Part shown: in pieces, positions 36,931 through 50,168 of the stretch
How the letters are laid out: every line of letters begins with the position of its first letter
Numbering within the stretch: the first letter of the stretch is position 1
NCBI RefSeq assembly: GCF_035084215.1
Contig: NC_090329.1
Coordinates: 32,860,001-32,924,000, forward strand
DNA length: 64,000 bases
Direction: 5' to 3'
DNA from: Heptranchias perlo
Lineage: Eukaryota
The notes under the pieces: model-generated
Told to the model about the DNA's origin: nothing
Seen by the model: the letters and a program-made list of their open reading frames with translations, nothing else
Databases searched by the model: none
Position numbers and translations under genes: made by a program

Positions 36931-38401
36931 GGGCAGTTAAGAGTTAACCACATTGATGTGGGACTTGAGTCATACATTGGCCAGAATGGGTAAGAACAGC
37001 AGGTTTCCTTCGCTGAAGGGCATTTGTGAATCAGTTGTTTTTTTACAACAACCCAACAGCTTCATGGTCACTTTTACTGATGCTAGTTTTTTATTTCCAG
37101 ATTTTTTAAAACTGAATGCAAACTCTCAAACTGCCATAGTGAGGTCCAGGCCTCTGGATTACTAGTCCAGTAACATAACTAGTACATTAATATATCCAGT
37201 TATGATGTACATCCGTTTCCCTGCAATCAACTAGTTAACTACTAATTATTAGCTTGTCTTTTATCTAACTCTTTTTAACTTTGGGGATGACCAAAGCTTC
37301 ACTATGAACCTTTTCCATTCAACTTTTTCATCAAAATGATATCATGCTTAAATAACACAATGATGCATTTTGACATGTCATAGTATGTGTTTGTAAATAA
37401 AACAGGTAGTGACAAACTAAAGACAGTGTCACGTTAACAGGAGACCATAAGTAGGTTCTTGCATGTTCAGTATAGGGAATGTATGTTCACAGTTTACAGT
37501 ATTTGAACCACAAGTGACTCCAACAACTTGATTAGTGAGTCTTGAAGCAATGAGCTAAATGTAGAGGTTGAGATATAGCAAACTTTCTAATAGCAAGTTA
37601 TGTACTCAGTCAGTGGAACAGTTAAGAAGTGTTTTGATTTTTTTCGAAATGGTAATTTATTTCCTTCAATTTTTTTAATCATTGCAGCTGTTTTCAATAC
37701 AGAATGACGAAGTAAGGGCTCCCTGAGTATAACTAGGAAATTACCATGTGATTGTAATTGTAAATTAACACTGGAAAATCCCTTCCTAAGATTATATAAA
37801 ACCTAATGTTATTAGCAAAGGGGATGACTAACAGAGAGAATGGCTGGGATGTTTTTGGGAGGGGTGGGGGTTCGGGAAGAATTATTGTGGATTAGATCTG
37901 GCAATTTTGCCATTAAGTCAGAATGCTTGTTATCACAGTATACACCCTGTCAATCAAACTTGTAATATTGCAGGCATGAATCAGGAGTCACATATTTTGT
38001 TTAAAAGAGCAAAAGGAACAGCACAAATTACTCGCCAGATGTATAATAATTATTTTAAAAATTGGGCAAGTTCTCCCACCACTTGTAGCCCAGAACAGCT
38101 CCAGTCATTAACAGGGGAGCTGACACTTTAAACTTGCCTGAAGTGTCTGAGCCAGGAAATTTAGTACTGGCTAAGAACACAGTGCCATTTCTTCCTCCTA
38201 CCCTTTGCAGTATTTCCATTCTAAGTGAAAACATTTTAAATATAGCTTAGTGGCTGGAAGCATGGTGTGAGAACAACAATGCTACCTTCATGAATAACTA
38301 GGAATTCTTAAAAAATAAAAAGGACCGGCATTCATTCGATTATAATGAAAAGGACCAGTATTCTCAGGATTTAGTCCGTTTTTTTCTGCATTCTCTTTTA
38401 G

Positions 38402-38531
38402 AAATAATCCCAGGTGGGGGGCCTCAAACACTGCTCTCGCACGATGGCTTCCTCCAGATTATGAGGATGGATTCAGCCAACCTAAAGGATGGAATCCTGA
38501 ACGCTCGTACAGAGGCTTTAAGTTACCCCTT
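38402..38531 (+). CDS. TPO: TPO exon 6 ([43 protein letters not shown])
   Basis: 130 nt, AG/GTGAGT boundaries. [27 protein letters not shown] is nearly identical to TPO. Not in the ORF track; found by reading. Confidence 0.96.
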
Positions 38532-40579
38532 GTGAGTATTTTACTTTTCAACAAGCTGTTCACTTGGCTCAGTGTACAGGAATAAAAGTTTGTTCCTTTT
38601 AAAGGAGCAGTGTCCTATTTCTTGGCATGATGCCAAAATTGTAAAGTAACACCTTAACGCACAAAGTATGCACATACCCAACATTATCTAAAATGGAGAT
38701 CGCCTCTACATATGTTGTAATATTTTCATTAGTAATAATTTGAAGTGTTTCAATAATGTCATTTTTGTATAGAGGCTTCTAAATAGTGAACACTTAAAAT
38801 AGTGTTAATGAAAAATTAATGGCAGGCTATCTTGGGTATTGCTGTTGGACTGTTCATTTGCACAATGAAATTTTGATTTCCAAACCAGAAGCATGTAATG
38901 TTAGTCCCCTCATTAAAAGATAGTTATTCTTGTGATTTCTATCCCTCCAATCCACTTCTGTCAGTAATGGTCAGAGTGCAGGTTGGTTACATTATACAAA
39001 GTGGTCAAAGCTTCACATTAATGCAAACTATGCACAGCTCTGTTTGTCATAGTTAGAGTAGCATGGAAAAACAGTATAACTCAGGTTTGCTGGCTCTGCA
39101 TTGCTCTAATTGGGTACCAATATCAACCAGTACCATTGGTATAACAATGACCTTAGAATCCAGTGTTGTGACCTTTTGTTTGATTTCAAATGGATACAGA
39201 ATAAAATTTTACTTTTGATTGTAAAACGAAGGTGAAGGGCCAAGCTCAGTAGCACAGGACAATATCAAGGTTGAAAAGATTAGAAGAGAAATCAGGAAGT
39301 AATGATTAGGTGATGCCAAGGTTGTTTTTTAAAGGCCTGAAGATTGAACAGTGGTGGAAAGATGAAGTAAGTAATTCAAACTTTGGAGTGGAAGTTGTGA
39401 GCACTGAGGTCTTGTTATCTGCTACATTTGAAAGTGATGGCAAGTGCAAGGAGTATAACCTTCAGAGAAAGGCTTTTGAAATTAATGGGAAACTGTGCCA
39501 TTTGAACTTTGATGCTGTTTTTTAAAATTGAGATTCAAAGGATATAAAAGAATTCAATTCAGAACACTATAATCAATGCAAACGATAATCCAAGATTCAG
39601 TAGTTAAACAGTTAAAAAGCTTTTAGCCAAGGTTACATTTGAGAGAATGAGCAAAGACAGCCTTTGAAAAATGTTGACACGTACGACCTTTTATTCTTAG
39701 TGACCATGGTAACCCAGGGTACTACGCAAGATATAGAGGGACAAGCTCTGTCGGTCATATCTGAAATAATTCAACAACTGAAAGAAAAGAACCTTTCTTG
39801 AGTGAAATGAAAATTTGATGTAGCCAATTGTTCTGCTTTATTAGTTTCTCGACTGATCTTTACTTCTGAACATACTATATGCCAGGCATTTCACTTCATT
39901 TATACCAATAGAACAACAGATTTCTATTTCTCATATTTGAAATTTGTTCAAATGACTGAGAATTATTAAGCCAGCTTAATTAACAAAACTTTTAGCATTA
40001 AGAGGGCAGAAACCTAAGATTTAATGGCTTTTAGTCATAAAACAAAGTTGAATTGACATCTACAACTCATCTTCTCTAATGTACAGCTCCTGGAGAAGGC
40101 CATTGTCGTTATCAGCAGTTGCCATGGCTAATTTCTTCAACTGCTCTAACAGCGCACAGGGATAATTACTTATTACTCTTGTCAGCAGAGAAAAATTAAG
40201 AAAGGAAAAATACATTAAAGGAAGCTAAGTGAAATGGTTGACTTCGTACTCTATTATTATTGTCATGAGAAAATCACTGCCCCAGATATTGTGTGCGCCT
40301 TTTCACTTGTAAAGATTATACAGGAAGTATTTATGTTTTTTGCCAATATTGACAGCAAGTTCAGAGTGTGTTTTGCTTCTTTTTAACTTGAGAAAGTACA
40401 ATTATCAAACCACGAATCAAGTAAGCATCCAGTGAATAAATAGCGTGACAACCATCAGCATTTGTAAGCTTTCTGCCTGGCTCCCCTGTGGAAGACAGTT
40501 AACATTTTGTAAAAATTACCCAGATCTTATTAGTCTAAATAAAGAATTGGACTTTGGCTGGGGATGCTAACACGCTAAT

Positions 40580-41275
40580 TAACACAACAATTAACAGTCA
40601 CTTGGACGAGTGTGGATTGATTAGGGAAAGCCAGCACAGATTTGTTAAAGGCAAATTGTGTTTAACCAATTTGATAGACTTTTTTGATGAGGTAACAGAG
40701 AGGGTAGACGAGGCCAATGCGGTTGATGTGGTGTATATGGATTTTCAAAAAGCGTTTGATAAAGTGCCACATGGTAGGCTTGCTATTAAGATTGTGGCCC
40801 ATGGAATAGAGGGGGCAATAGCCACATGGATACAGAATTGGCTAAATGATAGGAAACAGAGACTAGTGGTGAATGGTTGTTTTTTGGACTGGAGGGAGGT
40901 GTACAGTGGTGTTCCCCAGGAGTCGGCGCTGGGACCACTGCTTTTCTTGATATGTAATAATGACTTGGACTTGGGTGTACAGGGCACAATTTCAAAATTT
41001 GCAGATGACACAAAACTTGGAAGGGTAGTGAACAGTGAGGAGGATAGCGATAGACTTCAAGAAGATGTAGACACGCTAATGGCATGGTCGGACACGTGGC
41101 AGATGAAGTTTAACGCAGAAAAATGCGAGGTGATGCATTTTGGTAGGAAAAATTAGGAGAGGCAATATAAACTAGAGGGCACAATTCTAAAAGAGGTGGA
41201 GGAACAGAGGGATCTGGGGGTATATGTGCATAAAACATTGAAGGTGGCAGGGCAGGTTGAGAAAGCGGTTAAAAC
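40580..41275 (+). mobile_element. CR1 RT internal fragment
   Basis: ORF 40554-41156 contains DFQKAFDKVPH, GVPQ and FADD. Confidence 0.93.
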
Positions 41276-41629
41276 CTTCAGAACCTCTACTCACAAACGA
41301 GCAACAGGTTAGCACTGATGCAAAATACTATAAAATGCCATCTGGCACCCTGAGTTTCAGTATATAAATTGATATAGGTATTAACCCCAAGGTATTTTAG
41401 AGATCTCATTACAGTTGTATATGTAAATACAGTTCCCTCATACTTATCAGGCTTAGTAACTCCGCCAGGTAAATTCTATCCAATTATGTCATCAGCACTC
41501 ACAATTTAAGTACTGTAGTTAAATTAAACAAAATATAAATGATAAAGTAAAGATGTTGTAAAATTAAAGGGGAACCTTATTATTGGGAAAGTACTTTCAA
41601 ATGTAAAGTACTTCCCAACTTTATAAAGT

Positions 41630-43136
41630 GGGGGTAATTTTAACCCCCAAGAACGGGTGGGTTGGGGGCGGGTGGGGAGTAAAAATAGTTAGTTTTTGGA
41701 GCGAGATCACATCCCAGCTCTAATGCGCCCACTTCCGGTGCGCGCATCCTAACCCAGGCACTCCAGGATGCGCGCACGCAACTGAAACCCAGAAGTCCCG
41801 CCCCCATTTGAAGCCGGCAGGCCGATACTTAAAAGCGATAGTTGAGGTGCTTAATTTTTTGTGTTTTACCTTACCTATTCGGGTTTCCCATCGTTTCTGA
41901 TTCATATCAGGTGAAAGCAGGTGGGAAGGGACAGATCCATGAAGTGAGAGCCTTTTTTGCATTGCTTGTGGACCAGGAGGAGCAGGAGTGCTTCATCCAG
42001 GCCCAAGAAGCTCATCTAGCCCACAGGACCCCTGCGATCAGTTGGCCCCCACCATCTGGACCTTCCCTCTGATGCTGGATTCTCCCCCCGATGGTGGACA
42101 ATCCCCCCTCCGATGCTGGACCCCCCCCTCCCTGCGATGCTGGACCCCCCCAATGCTGGAACCCCACCCCCCGATCTTCTCCAAGGCCCACCTGATCTCG
42201 TCTACGTCCCCCCACGTCTCCCCACCCCTCCGATTTCTTCCAGTGTCTTATCCTTTGCCCCTCTTCTCTTTGCTCCTCTGCTGCTTCTCCTTACTGCTAC
42301 TTTCTTTGATTTCATGCAATAACCTGCCTCACACTTTTTGTCTGAGTCTCCCTTTACTTATTTTTGCTTGTCTCTCCCATTATGTCTCTCTTATCGTAAA
42401 TCATTCCTCCAATCCCAGCATCCTTTCATTACCTATACTTTCTCCTTTCCTTCTCGAAAATGATTCCACAATTTATAATTTATCCCTGAATTACCTTTAA
42501 TGCCAGCCACCCTTTTTTAACATTTGTAGTATTTCCAATAAAGATCGATTCAATGGGATAGCCCCAACAGCTATTGGACTGTTTGACTGCCAAAAGCCCT
42601 GGAACTTCAGACTCCTGAGCTAACCATTTTTTTCCAGATTTCAGCTCACCTATAGCGACAGTGAAACAAGCTTTAATATTAGTGTTAATGCTGCTCAGGT
42701 ATTAGCAATAATTTTATCACTGTAATATAACTATAAGCTACTAAAATACTTAGTTTTTAAAAAAATTACACCTTGACCTGCCCAGTTTTTTTTCTCATGT
42801 TTTTTCTTTAATTTTGCTGTTTAAACCTTAGTCTTGTTATTTCTAAATGATACGGTCTATTTTAACTTTTCTGGGGTTTTTTTGGAATCATTTAAAAATG
42901 ATTTATGGCCCACGATCTCTCTCCCACTTTCCCCCCTCTCCAATTCATGGCTCCTTTCCCTCCTGAAAGACAGCCAGCCTGTCAATCTGACTGCCTGACG
43001 CGTGAGAAACTGGAAGCACAAATACCTTCAATTGAGTTGCGATCACAGATTGGGATGCACTCAATTTGCTTCCAAGTTTCCCACACTAACATCTGCCCAC
43101 CCGCTCAATTTCCGGCTCCTTGATAAAATCATGCCC
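41630..43136. mobile_element. Degenerate Harbinger-like MITE pieces (41630-42240 and 42900-43136)
   Basis: Ends GGGGTAATTTTA / TAAAATCATGCCC. Shares cagccagcctgtcaatc and ttgaggtrctta blocks with the 18828 family. Confidence 0.5.
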
Positions 43137-43542
43137 ATCATCTCTGCTGCTATGGTGGATAACTCTGTTTTCTAAATGCCTCAGCCCAACATTTCAGCTC
43201 TGACATGCTGCTCAGCACACCTCAGCAGGCTCCATCAGTAAGTGGCTCCATAAAACCAGCATGGATAAGCGTACCCTTCAATTCGAGTCATCAATAGAAC
43301 TGACAGACTCATAGAGCATGAATGCCAGCCAAAACTGAGAAATATAGCGTTCAATCCTGTAAAGCAGACAGGATATCATTTTATTTTTGAATCCATTTTT
43401 TTTTTGTTGCGTGGTCAAGTAAAATAATAACATAAAAATAAAATAATAGATCCTACCCACTTCAAAACCCAGTCCTCTGCTGTGGGCAGTCGCTGTGCCC
43501 TATGTCATTGAAGCATATCTGCATTGTAGCTGCTGGGATAAA

Positions 43543-44558
43543 GGGCTCGATTTTCCCGGGAAATTGAGGGTGCTTTGGGGGCAGGGGGCTCTGAAAATCG
43601 GGGAAATCCCATTCGGTTTCGGAAGGTGGTTCCAACCCGCCAACTTCCGAGTTCCCCACGTACGCACCTGTGTGCGCGCGGGCGCACACAGGTGCGTACG
43701 TGGGGAACTCGGAAGCCGGCGGGATGACAATTAAAGAGCCAAATGTACCTCATTGAGGTACTTAAGGCACTTTACTTGTGACAGATTATGCACTTAGAAC
43801 GATTTTTAACTTACCTGGGCAGCTCGCCCACTGCTTCTGATTCACGCCTGGTGAAACCAAGCATGAGGGTCGGATCAGGGAAAAAGAAACAAAATGAATT
43901 AAATAAAAAACCATTGCATGAAGTTAAAACACAAAATCAACCTACCTTTCCACCCTGCTCTGATGTCTGATATCTCCCTCTCTGATCTCCCCCTCTTCAC
44001 CCCCTGATGTCCCCCCTCGATTTCCCCCTCTTCACCCACTCCGATGTCCCCCCCGATCTCCTCCTCTTCATCCCAATTTTCCATTCTCCCCCCAGATCTT
44101 CCACTCTCCCCCCCCCCCACCACCGATCTTCCCCTCTCCCCCCCCCCCCCCCCCGATCTCCCCTTCTTCACCCCGATCTTCCATTCTCCCCCCGGATCTT
44201 CCCCTCTCCCCCCCACCCAATCTCCCCCTCTTCACCCCGATCTTCCATTCTCCCCCCGGATCTTCCCCTCTCCCCCCCCCCCCCCCCTCCACCCCGATCT
44301 TCCAGTCCAGCGCCAGATGACGTTTCGCTTTCTCTCTTTCTCTTCCCCCACCCTGCGTTGGAGCTCCTGACGGCAGCCAGCCTGTTAATCAGGCTGACTG
44401 CCGGGCGCGAAACCCGGAGAGGATGTTAATCACCATCAATCACGATGCGATCGTGTCGGAAATGGTAAGTTTTGTTTGTTCTGGTTTGCCATGTGCGCCT
44501 TCACCCATCACCCCACCCCACCCTGCTGCCAACTCACCACCATTTCAAAATTGAGCCC
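43543..44558. mobile_element. PIF/Harbinger-like MITE (18828 family) with an internal perfect hairpin and a C-rich array
   Basis: TIRs GGGCTCGATTTT / AAAATTGAGCCC, flanked by AAA. Shared blocks tacctcattgaggtacttaaggca and cagccagcctgtyaatcaggctg. Confidence 0.78.
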
Positions 44559-45399
44559 AAAATGTCTGATTTGTGCTTTAGCAGGATTATACATAAAAAC
44601 GGTTAGTCTCCCCACCCCAATGATTTGATGGGTATGTACTCCACATTGTGTGGAATTGAGCCATGAAGAACTGTTAAGACCCCTGATTTGATTTCTGAAC
44701 TGTACTAAGTTTGCTGATGTCAGTTAAGATGGGGGTAAGGGCACTGCTGTCAGCCTCAGTAATCCTGCATGAAGAGGGGGAAAATCAGCTCGGATTCCCC
44801 CTCCTGATCACTATCCAGAGCCCCTACTGGAAAGTGTGTGTGTCCGTGTCGGATGAGGACAGCATCATATTTAGCAGTGATTGCCTGCCCACAGTCAAAG
44901 AGCCCGATGACATTTACTGATCAGATTCATACGTGAGAAGTGACCACTTGGTTGAAATATCGGGGGGGAGGGGCAAGGCCTGTGGAACCATATGACAGCA
45001 CGAGCCTTCAACAAGGGAAAGGAGAAAAAATGAGAAAATTGGAAAACAGAAATTGAGTTTTTTCAAATGAGACATGTATGTACTTAACCATAGCTTCTAC
45101 ATTTAAGCAAAAACAATAATCATCTTTTAGGGGCAGTGAATGGATGTTTTTTTCTTCAATAGTTTAATATTACTTTTTCAGTCTGTGCATGGTTTAAATC
45201 AAACAGTCAAGCCTTGGAGAAATTATCACAATAAGAATAGGCCAAGCTTAAATCAATGTGGATTTTAATTTCAATTTACTTTAACAAGATTTATTTATTT
45301 GCAATTCACTTATATTGAATTGACTTTATAATGTAATGTAGCAAATAGTGCCTGAAAGCAAATCCCTTTGTGTACAGTTTAAGATTCTGACTAACACCT

Positions 45400-46143
45400 T
45401 GTCTTATTAATTAATAGGCACGAGAGTCTGGTTGCAGCAACTTTAATATTTTATCAAGAAATACAAGATTTAGCTTCTGCCTTATCTTATACTAATATAT
45501 CAATCATAGTAAACATGAACGTCCGGTACGCCCACGTTACTTCCATCAGGTCAGCCCACTGGATGAAAGCTTAGGTGCTCTGAGGTTGATCTCTAGAGTC
45601 CTAACTCCAAGCTGCACACCTACACCAGGATGCTTCCACTTTTTACACCCTACAATGATCCAACTATGTTACCTGACCCTTCTTTGTGTTCACTGCTGTT
45701 TTTGGTGTAAAGCTAGCAATAGCAATTGGAACTTCTCTAACCTATGATTACAAGGACATATTCCTTCGTATCGAGCAGCATTCAGTTACTTTTCTTCAGT
45801 AATTCCCTCATTATCCTTAGACTTTCGTGCCCACTGTTAATGATGTTATCTCTTATGGTTTCACAATCATAGGTATAAACATCACATGTTATAATCCAAC
45901 CTGTTCTATTACTCATTCTGGCTTAATCATCTATTGTATTTAATGATAGGCAAACCCCTGTTCTCCCTCCTTACCCCACTAAAGGTTCCAACTAACCTGT
46001 TCCGAGGAAACTCTTACCATTGTTGCCTTGGTGACCTGTCTGCAGTGAAGTGCCTGTCTGAGTTTCTAACTTAGGCTAACTCCACTTTCCCATTCTGCTT
46101 ATATCAGCCATTTTATGTTAATATATGTTAAAACCTACATGCA
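45400..46143 (-). mobile_element. Probable solo LTR
   Basis: TG...CA ends, flanks ACCT/GCCT (4-bp TSD with one mismatch), minus-strand TGTAAAAAG TATA-like motif at ~45640 and ATTAAA ~45 nt from the end. Confidence 0.45.
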
Positions 46144-46190
46144 GCCTATGTGTGCCAGTCTCTGTATTAAACAGATTCTTTCTCTGACAG

Positions 46191-46400
46191 GTCCGAGAGG
46201 TAACCAACAAAATTCTACGTATAGCCAATAAGACAAATGCGACAGAAGATCATCTATATTCCCACCTCATAGTTGAGTGGGGCCAATATGTTGACCACGA
46301 TTTTGCATTCACACCTCAGAGCACCAGTCAAGCTGCTTTCATAGGAGGAGTAGACTGTAGGAACACCTGCCAGAATCTGAATCCCTGCTTTCCAATAAAG
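46191..46400 (+). CDS. TPO: TPO exon 7 ([10 protein letters not shown]...[21 protein letters not shown]...[11 protein letters not shown]), with distal His and haem-linking Asp
   Basis: 210 nt, phase 0-0, WGQYxDHD catalytic motif, AG/GT boundaries. Confidence 0.96.
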
Positions 46401-46789
46401 GTATTTGCACTCCTTTAGGTTATGAACAACAGTAGGGAAAGATTTGAATTTCAAGGTTTCTTTGGTAGTTTTAGGGGTGAGCATGGATCTGAACTGAGTG
46501 TACCACTGACCCAATCTTTTATGGCTCACTTGAACATTTCTGGGACAGAGATTTTGTTTCACTTATGGACCTGAAGAAAATATCCTGTATGATTTTTACT
46601 TTGAATCAAAGAATGATTTCAAATCTTCTCTCCTCCGACTTTTGCCTGACCACAGTTTAACTGTCCATTCTTAGAGTGGATGATGAAGAGATAGGAAAAG
46701 TCATTGATTTACACCATACATAGTGCAAGTTTTTAATATAAAAGAAGCTCCGGGAATGACTTAGGTGGTGTTTATAGCCAGATTGTTTC

Positions 46790-47405
46790 TAAAATGTATG
46801 TTTAAATTTGAGCTGTTCAGTTAGTATTTGTACAAGGCAATGGTTAGACCACAGTTGGAGTACAGGCTGAAATTTTGGGTGCCCCATTATAGAAAGGACA
46901 TTAAAATCATAGAGAGCTTGCAGTATAGATTCACCAAGGTGATACCAGGCGTAAGAAATTATAGTTATGAGGAGAGAATTGAGATACTGGGATATTTTAA
47001 CTAGAGCTGAGAAAGCTAAGACAAAACTTAATAGATGTTTATAAAATTATGAAGGGTTTTGATAAGGTGTATAGGGAAAGACTCTTTCCTCTGTTGGGGG
47101 AGTCAGTAATAAGGAATCATCAAATTTAAATGGTCACTAAGAGAGTGAGGAAAAAGGTAAGGAGAAATGTCTTCATGCAGAGAGTTGTTGGAGCATGACA
47201 TGCTTTGCCACAATGGGTAGTTGAGGCAGAGACATTGCAACTTTTAAAAGAAGAGTAGATAAACATTTGAAGCAGAGAAGATACAGGGATATGGAGAGAG
47301 AATAGGGCAATGAGATTAGTTTTGGATTGGTCCAGCAGAGAGCCAACCCAGATATGATAGGCCAAATGGCCTTGTTCTTTATTGTAAATGTTTTATGGTT
47401 CTATC
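46790..47405 (+). mobile_element. Old degenerate CR1 3' fragment
   Basis: ttgtacaaggcaatggttagaccacagttggagtac... through a CR1-type 3' UTR. Confidence 0.8.
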
Positions 47406-47589
47406 GTTGTTTCTGCTGAGATTGGGGGATTGCAGTTGATAGGCAAGAGATCTAAAAGGGAATCTTTAAATGTAGACCCACAATATGTGTTGTTATGACT
47501 TCTTTGATTGTATTGACTGGAAGTCAGAAAAAAATTCACAGTAGTGCTGATATTTTTAACCTTGTCATATTTTAATATTCATCCAACAG

Positions 47590-48105
47590 GTACCTCAAAG
47601 TGATCCTGGTTCCAGAATCAATGAGTGCATCACATTCTATCGTTCATCCCCTACGTGTGGAACAGGAGATCAAGGAGCTGACATTGAAACTCTGTCAAAC
47701 CTGAACTCTCGACAACAGATTAATGCAGTAACTTCCTTTATTGATGCCTCAACTGTCTATGGGAGCACTCCAGTTCATGAAATAAAGCTAAGGAATCATT
47801 CAAGTAATGAGGGCCTCCTTCTTACTAATACAAAATACATGGATGGCAGACATGAACTGTTGCCTTTTGTAGATCAGGTACCATCTCCCTGTGTGCAAGA
47901 GCCTAATGTTACTCAAAATGAAAGAGTAGAATGTTTCCTGGCAGGAGAGAGTAGAGCAAATGAAGTTCTTACTCTTGCTTCAATGCACACACTGTGGATG
48001 CGTGAGCATAATCGTTTAGCAAAGGCCTTGCACAAGATAAACCCTCACTGGAATTCAGAAACCATATACCAAGAGGCACGTAAAATTATTGGCGCTCTGC
48101 ATCAG
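47590..48105 (+). CDS. TPO: TPO exon 8 (...CGTGDQGA...RQQINAVTSFIDASTVYGS...CFLAGESRANEVLTL...REHNRLA...YQEARKIIGALHQ)
   Basis: 516 nt open frame. Contains the TPO-characteristic CGTGDQGA, the Ca-binding TSFIDAS, the distal Arg, and the haem-linking Glu followed by Val as in TPO (MPO has Met). Donor GTTAGT. Confidence 0.97.
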
Positions 48106-49011
48106 GTTAGTTGGTTAACTATTCCTACATTGCTCAAAGGTCGTTACGGGAACAGGGCATAGAAATATTAGCCCCAAAATTCTACAGCATTTAAGGAAGA
48201 TTCAGGGTACAATATGAGTGAACGGGGAAGATTTTGGAGTAGGTGTCAGTTTTGCTGGATCTCCACCCCGTTTGGCAGCACCAAGGTTTCGGGGGGGGAA
48301 CAGGTGAGATTCCCTTCAATCCGAGCGTACTGAATGTCTGCATGAAGTAGGCATAGACTACTGCCAGTTAGTGGAAGTGGAGTCCACCAAGCAAAGGCCA
48401 TCTTCCTAAGCAGCAAGTCACAAAGCCTAAGGAAAGTGGCCTTTTTAAGGAAGGGACCAACTCTTCTCCCCCAAGCGTTCTTCAGCCAGGCCTGCTGACT
48501 CTCAGGCGCAGTGGCTGCAATTTTCAACTCGTTTGCTGGCACCCCAGCTATGCCAATACTCACCCATTTTATACCAACTGCTTGAGCTCATGAATTCCAA
48601 TAGGGTCAGGCACGTCAGTGGTCAGTGCAGGGCAAGTCCTGCTCTGCCATTGTAATGGCGGTGGAACGAGATCCTGGATTTTCATCCCTTTTACATTTGC
48701 GACCTACCAATCAGAAGTATACAGAACACTCCAATTTGTCTTCAGCTTTTTGCATCCCAAAATCCAGATGTTTCCAAATCTGACTAAAGATACAATCCCA
48801 AGGCCTGTTAAGAGTTATCATTGTATCTCTGTCACTATTACACTGAGGAAAAAGGATGCAAAGTCACCTTTATACTGTTGTTGGTTTTCCCTTATATGAT
48901 CAGTGCACTGGTGTTAAAGGAATCTTGATTATATAAATATTTGGAACTGAATGTTGAAACAAATGTCCTTTGCTGTCTTAGTTTACTCAGCTAATTAGGA
49001 CCTGCTGATCT

Positions 49012-50168
49012 TAGAATCAAAGAATCATAGAATGGTTATGGCACAGAAGGAGGCCACTTGGCCCATCAAGTCCATGCCGGCCCTTTGTAAGAACAATCCA
49101 GTTAGCCCCATTCCCCCACTCTTTCCCTGTAGCCCTACAAATTTTTTCCCTTCAAGTATTTATCCAATTGGTTTTTGAAAGCCACGATTAAATCTGCTTC
49201 CACCACCCTTTCAGGCAGCACATTCCAGATCATAACTACTCACTGCGTAAAAATGTTTTTCCTCATGTCACCTTTGGTTCTTTTGCCAATCACCTTAAAT
49301 CCGTGTCCTCTGGTTCTCAACCCTTCTGCCAATGGGAACAGTTTCTCTTTATTTACTTTATCTAATCCCTTCATGATTTTGAAAATTCCTATCAAATCTC
49401 CTCTCAATCTTCTCTGCTCCAAGGAGAACAACCCCAGCTTCTCCAGTCTATCCTTGGAACTGAAGTCCCTCATCCCTGGAACCATTCTAGTAAATCTTTT
49501 CTGCACCCTCTCTAAGGCCTTCACATCCTTCCTAAAGTGCAATGACCAGAATTGGACACATTACTCCAGTTGTGGCTGAACCAGTGTTTTATAAAGGTTT
49601 AACATAACTTCCTTGCTTTTGGACTCTATGCCTCTATTTATAAAGCCCAGCATCCCATATGCTTTTTTAACCACTTTCTCAACCTGTCCTGCAACCTTCA
49701 ATGATTTGTGCACATATACCCCCAGATCTCTCTGTTCCTGCACCCCCTTTAGAATTGTACCATTTAGTTTATATTGCCTCTCCTGTTCTTACTGCCAAAA
49801 TGTATCACTTCGGATTTCTCTGCGTTAAATTTCATCTGCCATGTGTCCGTCCATTCCACCAGCCTGTCCATGTCCTCTTGAATTCTATTACTATCCTCCT
49901 CACTGTTTACTACACTTCCAAGTTTTGTGTCATCTGCAAATTTTGAAATTGTACCCTATCCACCCAAGTCCAAGTCATTAATATATATCAAAAAAAGAAG
50001 TGGTCCCATCACCGACCCCTGGGGAACACCACTGTATATCTTCCTCCAGTCCAAAAAGCAACCATTCACCACTACTCTCTGTTTCCAGTCACTTAGCCAA
50101 TTTCGTATCCATGCTGCCACTGCCCCTTTTATTCTATGGGCTTCAATTTTGCTGACAAGTCTATTATG
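49012..50168 (-). mobile_element. 5'-truncated CR1 (RT C-half plus 3' UTR)
   Basis: ORFs 49956-50195, 49561-49743 and 49240-49542, plus a TTCTATGA-type tail. Confidence 0.93.
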
